From contig JAVJWO010000040.1 of NCBI GenBank assembly GCA_040222015.1, positions 71,964 to 135,963 on the forward strand: a DNA stretch of 64,000 bases, given 5' to 3'. This document shows positions 33,823-43,726 of the stretch, piece by piece (position 1 is the stretch's first letter; each line of letters opens with the position of its first letter). Below the pieces are notes generated by a model. That model had not been told where the DNA came from. It ran no database searches and saw only the letters and a program-made list of their open reading frames with translations. A program made the translations under genes and the position numbers. Source of the DNA: Coleofasciculus chthonoplastes F2-STO-03 (lineage in GTDB: Bacteria; Cyanobacteriota; Cyanobacteriia; Cyanobacteriales; Coleofasciculaceae).

Positions 33823-33869
33823 GCGGTTAGAAACCGCAGCTACACAAACCAAACCCGCCTGCGCGGGTT
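33823..33869. repeat. Double-hairpin REP-like repeat (also 55142-55187 and 63809-63854)
   Basis: GCGGTTAGAAACCGC...AACCCGCCTGCGCGGGTT; reverse-oriented relatives elsewhere in the window. Confidence 0.8.
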
Positions 33870-34014
33870 CTTCGATTAAGTCGATTTTATGTAGGGTGGG
33901 TAAGCATCTAAAAGCTAGACAAGTTTAGGCTAAAGAAATAGCAAATTGGTGGTATCAATATCATCCTAATATTTTTTCATATTAGATTTTTTCTGAGAGA
34001 TAGTGAGGTAATGG

Positions 34015-34818
34015 ATGTCTCAAAATCCAATCATCACCCTATTAAGCGACTTTGGCATCAACGATGTCTACGTGGGTGTCATGAAAGGCGTCATCGCCCA
34101 AATTAACCCAGCCCTCACCATCATCGATCTCACCCACGAGATTCCTCGGCAAAACATCGCCGCCGCCCGATTTAACCTGATGAACGCCTATCCCTATTTT
34201 CCCGATCGCACCATCCATGTTGCTGTAGTTGATCCGGGTGTAGGCAGTCAGCGCCGTGCGATCGCACTACAAGTGGATAATGGTTTCCTAGTTGGACCCG
34301 ATAATGGATTGTTTAGCGGTATTTTAACCCAAAGTACGATTGTTTTTGCTGTTGAACTCACTAACCCAGAATTTTGGCGCACCCCCACCCCTAGTCAAAC
34401 ATTCCATGGTCGAGATATATTTGCCCCCGTCGGCGCACATCTTGCCAGTGGTGTTCCCTTAGCAGAGTTGGGATCAGTGATCGAACCCAGCACTCTGGTA
34501 CAATTGCCGATTCCAGAATTGACCAAAACCGCGACGGGGATCACGGGTTCTATCCAGTATATTGACCATTTCGGTAACCTAATCACCGACATTCCCGCCG
34601 CTGACGTGACGGGAAAAACTTGGTTAGTCACGGTAAATCAGCGCCAGATACCCACGGGTCAAACCTATAGCGATCGCCCTTTAGGAGAACTCATCGCCTT
34701 AATTGGGAGTCACGGTTGGGTTGAAATTGCTGTGAATGGCGGTAGCGCTCAATCCGAGTTGCAGTTAGATTTAGGGAAGAGGGTAGACGTGCCCCTTCCT
34801 GGTATTGAAAGAAGATGA
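34015..34818 (+). CDS. SAM hydroxide adenosyltransferase / chlorinase-fluorinase family (DUF62)
   Basis: TLLSDFG, VVDPGVGS.RR, VGPDNG, TFHGRDIFAP, IDHFGN. Confidence 0.93.
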   Translation: MSQNPIITLLSDFGINDVYVGVMKGVIAQINPALTIIDLTHEIPRQNIAAARFNLMNAYPYFPDRTIHVAVVDPGVGSQRRAIALQVDNGFLVGPDNGLFSGILTQSTIVFAVELTNPEFWRTPTPSQTFHGRDIFAPVGAHLASGVPLAELGSVIEPSTLVQLPIPELTKTATGITGSIQYIDHFGNLITDIPAADVTGKTWLVTVNQRQIPTGQTYSDRPLGELIALIGSHGWVEIAVNGGSAQSELQLDLGKRVDVPLPGIERR

Positions 34819-34825
34819 GATAAAC

Positions 34826-35485
34826 ATGGTATTACAGCAACAATGGGACTCTGAGGTTTACCAGGGTCAATTTGGCGAATTTACAATTACCGACAGCGAT
34901 CGCGTCGGGGTTATTTTATACCGCAGTAGCCTGATAATTGCGGCATTGAGCTTTGCGATCGGTAGTGGTTTGGTCTTGTGGCAACCGGATAATCCCACTA
35001 TTTTAACCGCCCTCACGCCCCTATATGGCTTGTTCTGTGTGGCGCTAGGTGTGAGTCTGGCAACGATTCATATCTATTTAGCCCCCCTACACCGCCTCCT
35101 ACAACTGTTTTGGGGAATTGGCACGATTGCGGCTGGTGTGTTTGCCATCCAGAGTAGCGAACCCCTTGCCCTTTTCGTGTATAACCAACCTGTTACCCTC
35201 TTCGGGATTGGCTTTGTGTTTGTGGCGTTAACGGGGATTTATTTCAAAGAAGCCTTTTGTTTCAACCGCTTTGAAACCAAACTGCTGACTCCCCTCGTAC
35301 CCGTCTTATTACTAGGACATTTAGTTAATATGTTACCCGCTACCGGGGAACAGGTGCTTTTAGGACTGTGGACAGTTCTATTTTTAGTCTTTGCGGTGCG
35401 TAAGGCAATCCAGCCGATTCCCCCTGACATTGGCGACAAGTCAGTTTTTACCTATCTGAAACAACAACGGGCGGCTCAATCCTAA
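34826..35485 (+). CDS. DUF2301-like integral membrane protein
   Basis: YQGQFGEFTIT..DR..V..YR, IHIYLAPLH, FKEAFCF, PDIGDKSVF. Confidence 0.8.
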   Translation: MVLQQQWDSEVYQGQFGEFTITDSDRVGVILYRSSLIIAALSFAIGSGLVLWQPDNPTILTALTPLYGLFCVALGVSLATIHIYLAPLHRLLQLFWGIGTIAAGVFAIQSSEPLALFVYNQPVTLFGIGFVFVALTGIYFKEAFCFNRFETKLLTPLVPVLLLGHLVNMLPATGEQVLLGLWTVLFLVFAVRKAIQPIPPDIGDKSVFTYLKQQRAAQS

Positions 35486-35505
35486 CGATTAGGGGATAGT
35501 AACCG

Positions 35506-35908
35506 ATGAGCTTACCAGGAAAAGTCGCCATTGTTACCGGAGGCGGACAAGGGATTGGCTTTCGCGATCGCGAAAGCCTTCTTAGAACAGGGAATGAACG
35601 TCGCGATCGCAGAACTTGATTCAGAAGCCGGAACAGCTACAGCCGCCGAGTTTCAACCTCTTGGTTCAATTCAATTTACTCAAACGGATATTTCCCAGGA
35701 AGATTCCGTGAAACAGGCGATTCAAGCCACCCAAAACCAATGGGGCAGAATCGATGTTTTGGTCAGACATCAACTCCAATTAACCCCCCAGGATCATCAA
35801 CAACATCCGGCGGGTAGAGTGGGCAAACCCGAAGACATTGCCGCATTTGTGACGGGTGCGAATTTTGTCATTGATGGCGGGATGACCAGAAAAATGATTT
35901 ACTCGTAA
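35506..35908 (+). pseudogene. SDR oxidoreductase pseudogene (frameshift plus two internal deletions)
   Basis: KVAIVTGGGQGIG then a frameshift at about 35560; IDVLV joined to HPAGRVGKPEDIA, which is joined to FVTGANFVIDGG; no YxxxK region. Confidence 0.85.
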
Positions 35909-36090
35909 AAAACGAGCGACAGTTTTCTTGCCCGAATTATTTAAGGCGTAATGGTTTGATAGTCCTAAAAAATGCGCCATTATTTGAGTATAAATCTAAT
36001 CCTATTGATAACTTTGTAATTGCCAATTATTAGGTAAATTAACCCGATTATCTGCGGTGCTTTGCCACTCTAAATCATAAGAAAATTGTC

Positions 36091-36702
36091 ATGGTAATAG
36101 TCATCATTATAAGTTGCCTGATAGCCGAGGTTTTCCCTGTCGTGCTATCCGCTCAATTTTTCTCACCACTGACGCGGTTACAACTGAGTTCCCTACTTGC
36201 CTCAAAGCCCTCTACATTCCCCTTAGAATCCATCAACGTCTTTCCACCTCCTCTAGGGGACATGATTGAAACGCGATGTCGAGAAGTCCCGACTGGTGTT
36301 GGTATTCCCGCCTTTCAGCCAGGAATTACCAAAGAAGATGTGATGCGTTTATTAGGCGCTCCCACCGGAACCGCACGCGGTTATTGGCCCAATACTCGTG
36401 CTATATTCTATGAATTAATACCAGATCAGATTAGCTTAGGTTTTCTGTTTGACCGAAATTCTCTACGAATTCGACAAACAGAAGCCTCCTTTACGGCTGA
36501 AGTTGATTCCCAGACGGTATTATTGACATTGAATGGAATGTTAGGATGCAAGCTGAACCAGCAAATCCAACAGGGATTAGAACAAGTGTGGCAACGTCAA
36601 TCTCGGCAGTTTTCCTTTCAGCTAGACTATCTCGAAGGCGTGATTGAACGCCAACAAGAGGGACGAATCTATATCGGGATTTGGGAAGAAGATTTACATT
36701 GA
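36091..36702 (+). CDS. Hypothetical protein resembling the C-terminal domain of cyanobacterial Ser/Thr kinases
   Basis: LGAPT...RGYWPNTRA..Y...LGFLFD.NS.RIRQTEASF; start uncertain. Confidence 0.55.
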   Translation: MVIVIIISCLIAEVFPVVLSAQFFSPLTRLQLSSLLASKPSTFPLESINVFPPPLGDMIETRCREVPTGVGIPAFQPGITKEDVMRLLGAPTGTARGYWPNTRAIFYELIPDQISLGFLFDRNSLRIRQTEASFTAEVDSQTVLLTLNGMLGCKLNQQIQQGLEQVWQRQSRQFSFQLDYLEGVIERQQEGRIYIGIWEEDLH

Positions 36703-36959
36703 AAGCCGTAAGTCGGTGTTCGTAGTGAGGGCTTCAGCCCTCTCCAGCTAGGCGGAGCGAGAACTAAAGTTCTCACGACAAACAAAGCCCTATTTTAGCT
36801 GGGTCATACCAGTAGTGGTCTAAAATGGTGAAATAGATTTTACTCGAATCCATCCCTCATAAGAATCAGCGTATCGTTATCCACCCACCCTTGCATATCT
36901 TTATCTTCTTTCCCATCTAATTCTTGTTGCGCGATCGCGGCTGAGCCTCCGGCTTTATC

Positions 36960-37904
36960 ATGAATGTAGGTTCTGGCATCATTGAGGATGACTAAAAGCC
37001 CGAATTCTCTCTTCTGTGTATTCAGCCAACTCCAGTAACCGATCCATGCGTTGACTATAACCGCGATCGCCGTAGTATTTCCAAGCTAGCCAAAGGTGGT
37101 TCCGGAAGTGGCTGCCACCAAGAATGGTATTTTACCATGGTTGAGTGCCGTGACAATCCCCCCAAGGTTGAAGACCCGGTTGGATTAATCCGGTTGCGGC
37201 ACCTCGAACTAAACAGGCGCCAATCGGGATACCATTCCCCAGTGCTTTGGCTAAACACAACACATCGGGTACTATATCTTCATGCTGATAGGTGAACAGT
37301 TTACCGGTATGACCAATTCCCGTTTGGACTTCATCAAGCATCATCAGGCAACCCGCGCGATCGCAGATTTGTCGAACCTTTTGCAGATAGCCTAGATCTG
37401 GCACAATAATACCGGCATTACCTTGAACTGGCTCTAGCAGAACAGCCACAATATCCGAATTTGCTTGAATCGCCTGTTCTATCGCCGCCGCATCATTGTA
37501 AGGGACTCGCACAAATCCGGGTAATAATGGTGCAAAACCCGCTTTAATTTTGGGATTAGCTGAAGCGCTCAAGGCTCTCAGGGTACGACCATGAAATCCT
37601 CCCTCCATCACCAAAATTTGGGGACGTTCAATTCCCTTTTGATGACCATATAGTCTAGCAATTTTCAGTCCTAACTCATTAGCTTCTGCTCCAGAATGGT
37701 TGAAGAATGCTTGTAATCTGGCAATTCATGAGCTACACGCATTTTTCCCAGAATCCATAGCAACCCTTCGTCATAAATAACGAAATTTTTTACGCCTAAT
37801 TCAATGCCGCGTTTAATATCTTCAATTGCCCGAATCAGTTGTTCTTGACCTCTCAAGCTTTCAAAGATGAAACCCTTTCTATACCTGGGTTTCAAGCCGT
37901 TCAC
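36960..37904 (-). pseudogene. Fused remnants of a U32-family protein, a class III (ArgD-like) aminotransferase and a group II PLP decarboxylase
   Basis: IEDIKRG...YDEGLL; then SGAEANE, FHGRT, EPVQG, DEVQTG, AKALGNG; then IPFLVAATSGTT and LWLAWKYYGDRGY, in different frames. Confidence 0.75.
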
Positions 37905-38527
37905 TTGTTGTATCCTATTAAGGTATAAGTTCTGAAGTTGCCTAAATCACCTAGGAGTACAGACAATGGTTTCAGACTTTTGACCAGGGTAGCGCAGGCG
38001 ATCGCCCAACCCTGAGTCGTGCTAGCTGAGAAATTGTCCACTCCCCAAGGCTAACTATTCCCAGGTATCAGTTGAGTTAAACCCTGATGCCATAGTCAAT
38101 TCAACAACTTGCCCTATCTATTTTCTCCGGATGGAGTCAGCCGTCTATTGTTGAAGGTGTCAGCAATAAAGGCATACTACCATGGAAAAAAATGATATTG
38201 GCGTTATCCTCATCGGACTCGCGATGATTACCGCGACTCTCGTCTATTTCGACAGAGCCTCAAATTTAGAGGTGAAAATAACCCTCAATATACCAAGTAA
38301 TTTGTTATCGAGGATACAAAACCCTATCCAAACTGGATTATGAGTATTGATTTACACCAGTATTTTTGATATGATCACCAATAATTATTTTTTCATAAGT
38401 AATCGGACTTTCATTAAAGTTAACGGTTGAGATTATGCAACAGGCAACAGTAAGGGTTTGAGGCTCCTTATCATTTCTTATTACAGTGTACAGAATTTAT
38501 GTCCAGGTACTTACTCAAAACAATAAA

Positions 38528-40006
38528 ATGTTAAAAATATTGCCAGCTTTTTCTGATTCTCCTCGGCTCAAACAATGGCTTTCCATCAGCCTAATTATGC
38601 TGCTGGCGGCAACGCTATATCTCTATAAACTAGAGCAACGAGGTTTGTGGATTGATGAGTTCATTAGTATTTCTGATGCTCAAGACATTAGTTTTAACCG
38701 GGGACGCCTTCTTTACTATATCCTACTCCATTTCTGGATGATATTCGGTGACAGTGATGCCTGGTTGCGAGGATTAGCGATTCTTTTTGCGTTAGGCAGT
38801 GTTTTCCTCGTTTATCAGCTAGGTCGTTATTTGTTTACCGACGCGATCGGTTTAATTGCGGCTTTGATGTTAGCACTTTCGCCCTTATTTATTAACCACG
38901 CCCAAGAAGTCCGTTACTACACAATGAGTGTTGGCTTGGGATTAGCTGGCACATTTGCACTCGCTTATGCCCTTGATCATCCCAGTAATTTTTTCAGTCG
39001 CTTCTTGTGGGTTTTTAGTCGGTTTTTGGCAATCATTACCACACCCCTGAACGGCGCATTGTTATTTCCAGATCTAACAATAGTCGGGATGAAATATTAT
39101 CGACAACCTACCCAACTCATCAAGTTCGGCAAAGCCTTCTTGTTCATACTCGTCGCCAGTATCCCTGTGGGTTTATCGGTGAAAGCGTCATCAGGGGCGC
39201 ATCGGCTAATCCTGCCAATTCCGGGTGTGAATGAGGTTTTACGGGAACTGAGAATATTGACCGCTTTTTCCTACCCGCCACCTCCTCCTTATCTGACTCG
39301 CTTTCTCCAAATTTATATCCTACTGTTGGTTGCTGTCATCGGGATTGCTGTTGTCCGGAAACGAAAATCAGAGAAGCTGATTTGGGTTTTAACGTGGGCG
39401 TTTGTGCCTACAGGAACAATTCTCGTATTTTCTCACCTCTTTTTCTCGATTTGGAATACCCGTTATATGATGCTTATCCTGCCGTATATTCTGATTCTTT
39501 TATCCATCGGCTTTAGAGAGATTTGGTATCAATGGCGTCCCATTGCTTGGGGTATAGCCGTTGTTTATACCGTTGCCGTCAGTAGTGGCTTATTTTACTA
39601 TTACACAACACAAAAACGCTACATGGGAGCGTCGGATCATTATCGCCGTGTCGCCCAAATCATCAATGCCAATGAAAAACCAAATGATATCATTGTGTGG
39701 TCAATTATTCATGGCACTGCATTACCGCTCAAACACTACCATCGCGGTTCTGCCCCTATTTACGTAAAAGACTTAATTGAAGTTGAAAAGAACATAGACA
39801 ACATTCAGAAAACCGATGTCGAAAATTGGCTGGGCGAATTACCACCGATTAAATCCCGTTTATGGATTGTTTATGGCAAGGACAATAATCAGGTATTACG
39901 CGAGGTCATTGAAGAAAAATTTCTCATTGAAATTGACCAAAAAGTCGGTGGATTAAATGTATTTCTCGTTCAGAGTCCCCCAAAAGATTCAAGCAAGATA
40001 CATTGA
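38528..40006 (+). CDS. GT-C fold glycosyltransferase (family 39/PMT-like)
   Basis: LWIDE, LLYYILLHFW, HAQEVRYY and many TM helices. Confidence 0.85.
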   Translation: MLKILPAFSDSPRLKQWLSISLIMLLAATLYLYKLEQRGLWIDEFISISDAQDISFNRGRLLYYILLHFWMIFGDSDAWLRGLAILFALGSVFLVYQLGRYLFTDAIGLIAALMLALSPLFINHAQEVRYYTMSVGLGLAGTFALAYALDHPSNFFSRFLWVFSRFLAIITTPLNGALLFPDLTIVGMKYYRQPTQLIKFGKAFLFILVASIPVGLSVKASSGAHRLILPIPGVNEVLRELRILTAFSYPPPPPYLTRFLQIYILLLVAVIGIAVVRKRKSEKLIWVLTWAFVPTGTILVFSHLFFSIWNTRYMMLILPYILILLSIGFREIWYQWRPIAWGIAVVYTVAVSSGLFYYYTTQKRYMGASDHYRRVAQIINANEKPNDIIVWSIIHGTALPLKHYHRGSAPIYVKDLIEVEKNIDNIQKTDVENWLGELPPIKSRLWIVYGKDNNQVLREVIEEKFLIEIDQKVGGLNVFLVQSPPKDSSKIH

Positions 40007-40007
40007 C

Positions 40008-43000
40008 TTAGGCTAGAACCAGATAAATTTGTTCGAGCAATTGACTCATCGAATAGGAACGTCCGGGCAAAATTTTAGTAGCAAGGCTTTGCAATTGCGA
40101 CTCTAATTCTATCATTATCTGATCTGACTCAGAAACTCCAACATTGAGGGATAAATCGGGCAATCGATGATCCAGCAAAAGAATCGGGGGTCGATTGGGT
40201 ATCTGACTCAACGATCTTAATCCTTGAACCACGCCTGAATAATCCCGAATATCTTTGATCCGAATCAACAGTACATCAACCATTTGTTGTTGAAGTTGAT
40301 GGTAGACATCTGACCAACAGTGGGATAATAGACTCCTAAATCCAGCCGCTTGTAGATATTGAATCAATGCCCGTAGCCAAGGGGTGTAAGGTGTGACAGG
40401 ATTCGTGTTGAAGCCATTGGGACTAATCCCTTGAGTGTCGCCCAGATCAAAAATGAGAAGGCTTGACTTGCGACTCACTCCCGCCGCAATTTGAATCACT
40501 TCCAGCAGTGTGGTAATTTTCTGGGGGTTATCCGGTGCTAAACAAGGATAGACAGAAAGACCGATCGCTTGATTGGCGGCTTGTGTGGTTCGATGATCTA
40601 GGGTAATCAGGGGTAGATCCGCTAATGTGGGATATAACAAATAGGTTTTAAAGTAACCTGGGGCATCATTGATCCCAGCCCCATCCAGCAAAACAATATC
40701 TGGATGCCAAACCCGCGCCAATAATTCTGCCTGTTCTAAATCATCGGCTTCCAGTACCCGGTATCTTAGATCTGAATGTTGGCAACTGAGTATATCAGTT
40801 AACTGAGAAATTAGTCTTGACGATTCCGGGGGAACCTCGACTAACTCCGCACTGACATAAAGCAGCGTTAGTACCTGATTGGCGAGAGGCTGATGTTTAC
40901 CCAAGCGGGTCAGGTTTTTGGCTAATGCTTCCTCTTGAACCGGTAAACTTAAGAAGCCATCGGCGTTATTTTGATCAGCCTGTTCTTTTTCAGCTTGAGT
41001 TGCTGTAACTAAGATGGGGATGTGACGGGTTTGCAGATCAGACTTGAGCAATGTCAGGACATCCCAACCCGAAACTTGTGGGAGGAGAGGATTGAGTAAA
41101 ATGATGCTCGGTTGTAAGCTACGAGCTTTGGAGAGTGCTTCTGGACTAGAACGAGCATTGACTACCCAGTAGCCTAAATGTTTTAGCTGCACCGTCAGGC
41201 TTTCTAGATACCGGGGAACGGTTTCCACAATTAACACCAAGCGGTTACGATTGGGGGATGGGACGTTGACATTTGCCTGTCCCCAGTCCTCAGTCTCTGC
41301 CAAATCTTTGCCAGAAGGTGGACAGGGGGGAAGCAGCAGGGTAAACTCGCTACCGTTGCCGCTTTTAGAGATAAACGAAATATCTCCTCCATGCAAGCGA
41401 GCCAAGCGTTGGGTTAAGACTAATCCTAACCCTGTCCCCTCAAACCGACGAGTGAGCGGTTGTTCCAACTGCTGGAATTTCTGGAAAATCAAGTGCTGCT
41501 TGTCTTCGGGAATGCCAATCCCTGTGTCCCAGATGGTAAAGGCTATCCAGCCATCTTGATGGTTAACTTTTAAACCTACGGTGTTTTGGCTGTCGGTAAA
41601 TTTGAGTGCATTGGATAGCAGGTGTGCCAGCATTTGCCGCAGCCGTAGTTCATCGGCAATGATGGTGTCTAGACCAGGTTCAATGTCTAATACAAAGGAA
41701 ATGTCGGGGGTTGCGCCTTCGTGGTTGGGATTGTTGTCTGAGTAGACTTGGAGGGCTTGTTGATAGGCGCGATCGCACAGGCTTTGAATCTGCACTGGTT
41801 CTAACGTCAGTTCAAGCTGACCTGTTTCCATGCGCGTTAGATCCAGAATATCATTGACTACTGCCATCAGTTGACGCCCATTTTGGTAAATCAACCGAGC
41901 ATAACGCGCTTGACGCTCATTGAGTTCGCCTAATAACTGGTCTTTGAGCAGGGTTGATAATCCTAAAACAGCGGTGAGTGGCGTCTTCAGTTCGTGGCTA
42001 ATACAGGCTAAAAACTCGTCTTTCAGGCGGTTGAGTTGGACTAAATCCGCATTTTTGGCAGTCAGTTCTTGAGTGACTTGCTGTTGAGCTGTTGTGTCTT
42101 GCGCCATGACTAACCAAAGCTGTGAATTAGGGGGATTGAGGGGATTCGGGATCATTGGGTTAGCTGTATCTGGTTCTGTACAGATGTGCCATGGTGCATC
42201 TTTCCATGGTGTGCCTTTCCCATCCTCAGTTGTCAATTCGGGGAACAACGAGGGAGGTAGAGGCATTTTAGTCAACACAAACTGGCGATCCTGGATTTTT
42301 TTCGTCATTTCTAGGGTTTCCCCATCCCTGCGTAAGTCTTGAGGATACTGAGATGTCGCTGTAGACTCAAGTTCTGGATGTTGAGAATGGGTTGCCATGA
42401 GGTGGGTGCGATCGCCTGCACAGTCATAACCCATCGCTCTAGGGGAAGTGAATGTTGGCTGAGTTTCATCACCAACACCCCAAGCCACTGGCTTCTCCCT
42501 ATTGTTGAACTGCTTATGGGTGGGGTTCGGCTCAGCTACCGCTAATGGTTCTGTCACTTGAGGATTTGTCTGCCCATTTGCACAGTAGCGGGTTGAGTCT
42601 GGCTGAGTGTTATGGCTAAGGATGCGTAGGTTGGAGGGTGATTCAACCGAGGTTGACTCTATCCCAGTTGGATGCTCCCAGGATAACCCTATCTGCTGAC
42701 GCCAAGCCCGATTTTCAGACAAGACTTGCCCGGTTGCGGTTTGTAAACTCAGGGGGAGTGGTAGTTGTTCGAGGAGTTGGATTAAGGGTGATTGGGGATT
42801 GGGGAACCCTTCGCGACTCTCGAGGGAATGGTTTGTCGGGGCGGGTAATGAAACTTTCTTTTGGCTATTGATGGTAACGTTTGTGCAGAACCCGCCCTGA
42901 CGTAGAGACGTGCCATGGCACGTCTCTACATCCTCAGTCTGGGGTAATGGTGCTAAGAATTTCAATAATTGCCAGCTATTGAGCAGTCCCAAAAATCTAC

Positions 43001-43433
43001 CATTGGGTTCGACTAATGCCCATTGTCTGGAACCTTCCGGGTAGGGAATGGTGGATGTATCGAAGGGTGTGTCTGGTCTTCCCCTACCCAAGTCGGTTAA
43101 GATAGTCCAGAACTGGCTGATTGTCAACGATGCTGGTATGATCTCTAGGGGTTCAATTACAGAGGGTTCCAATTCCGAGAGCCGTTGAGAGAAATCTCTA
43201 GTTGCAGTTGTTCCTAGAGTTGCTGCTGACGTCGCCCCGGTCAGGAGATAGGGCATAACCTGTCGCAGATTCACAACTCCCAGAGGATAATGCTGCTCAC
43301 TGACGACAACAATCGAGTTACTCCCTGATGCGTGAAAAATCTCCAGTAGGGCAGTTAGATCAGTGGTTTGGGAACAAATCGGAACAGGAGCAGCACATTC
43401 TTTTAAACTGGGAGTTGACATGGATATGACCAA
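40008..43433 (-). CDS. Hybrid sensor histidine kinase (CBS-like N-terminus, HisKA-HATPase, up to three receiver-like domains)
   Basis: ISHELKTPL, NALKF, DTGIGI, GTGLGL; receiver-like repeats at the C-terminus; divergent from kaiA. Confidence 0.92.
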   Translation of the reverse strand: MVISMSTPSLKECAAPVPICSQTTDLTALLEIFHASGSNSIVVVSEQHYPLGVVNLRQVMPYLLTGATSAATLGTTATRDFSQRLSELEPSVIEPLEIIPASLTISQFWTILTDLGRGRPDTPFDTSTIPYPEGSRQWALVEPNGRFLGLLNSWQLLKFLAPLPQTEDVETCHGTSLRQGGFCTNVTINSQKKVSLPAPTNHSLESREGFPNPQSPLIQLLEQLPLPLSLQTATGQVLSENRAWRQQIGLSWEHPTGIESTSVESPSNLRILSHNTQPDSTRYCANGQTNPQVTEPLAVAEPNPTHKQFNNREKPVAWGVGDETQPTFTSPRAMGYDCAGDRTHLMATHSQHPELESTATSQYPQDLRRDGETLEMTKKIQDRQFVLTKMPLPPSLFPELTTEDGKGTPWKDAPWHICTEPDTANPMIPNPLNPPNSQLWLVMAQDTTAQQQVTQELTAKNADLVQLNRLKDEFLACISHELKTPLTAVLGLSTLLKDQLLGELNERQARYARLIYQNGRQLMAVVNDILDLTRMETGQLELTLEPVQIQSLCDRAYQQALQVYSDNNPNHEGATPDISFVLDIEPGLDTIIADELRLRQMLAHLLSNALKFTDSQNTVGLKVNHQDGWIAFTIWDTGIGIPEDKQHLIFQKFQQLEQPLTRRFEGTGLGLVLTQRLARLHGGDISFISKSGNGSEFTLLLPPCPPSGKDLAETEDWGQANVNVPSPNRNRLVLIVETVPRYLESLTVQLKHLGYWVVNARSSPEALSKARSLQPSIILLNPLLPQVSGWDVLTLLKSDLQTRHIPILVTATQAEKEQADQNNADGFLSLPVQEEALAKNLTRLGKHQPLANQVLTLLYVSAELVEVPPESSRLISQLTDILSCQHSDLRYRVLEADDLEQAELLARVWHPDIVLLDGAGINDAPGYFKTYLLYPTLADLPLITLDHRTTQAANQAIGLSVYPCLAPDNPQKITTLLEVIQIAAGVSRKSSLLIFDLGDTQGISPNGFNTNPVTPYTPWLRALIQYLQAAGFRSLLSHCWSDVYHQLQQQMVDVLLIRIKDIRDYSGVVQGLRSLSQIPNRPPILLLDHRLPDLSLNVGVSESDQIMIELESQLQSLATKILPGRSYSMSQLLEQIYLVLA

Positions 43434-43726
43434 TTAGCTCAAATCAGGGGAAGCGGCTAGGTCGCAGGATATTACTATCTGTACGTTACCCATAAGCTGA
43501 ATCGCGTCAGGAATTCTGACGCTAACCAGCACAACCACCGCTCTAGTTCAATTATTGCGCTGGATGGGGGGGGTAAAGGACAAAGTGCTTACAATTACTT
43601 ACAATTCTTAGAGTACTTAATGTAATGTTAATTAACTTTAGAAAAATTTTGTTAAAATACGTTACAGTCGAGAAATTTAACTCGGCAATTGGTAAGGTTG
43701 TTTTTCAACATTAAAGTCCTATCGTT

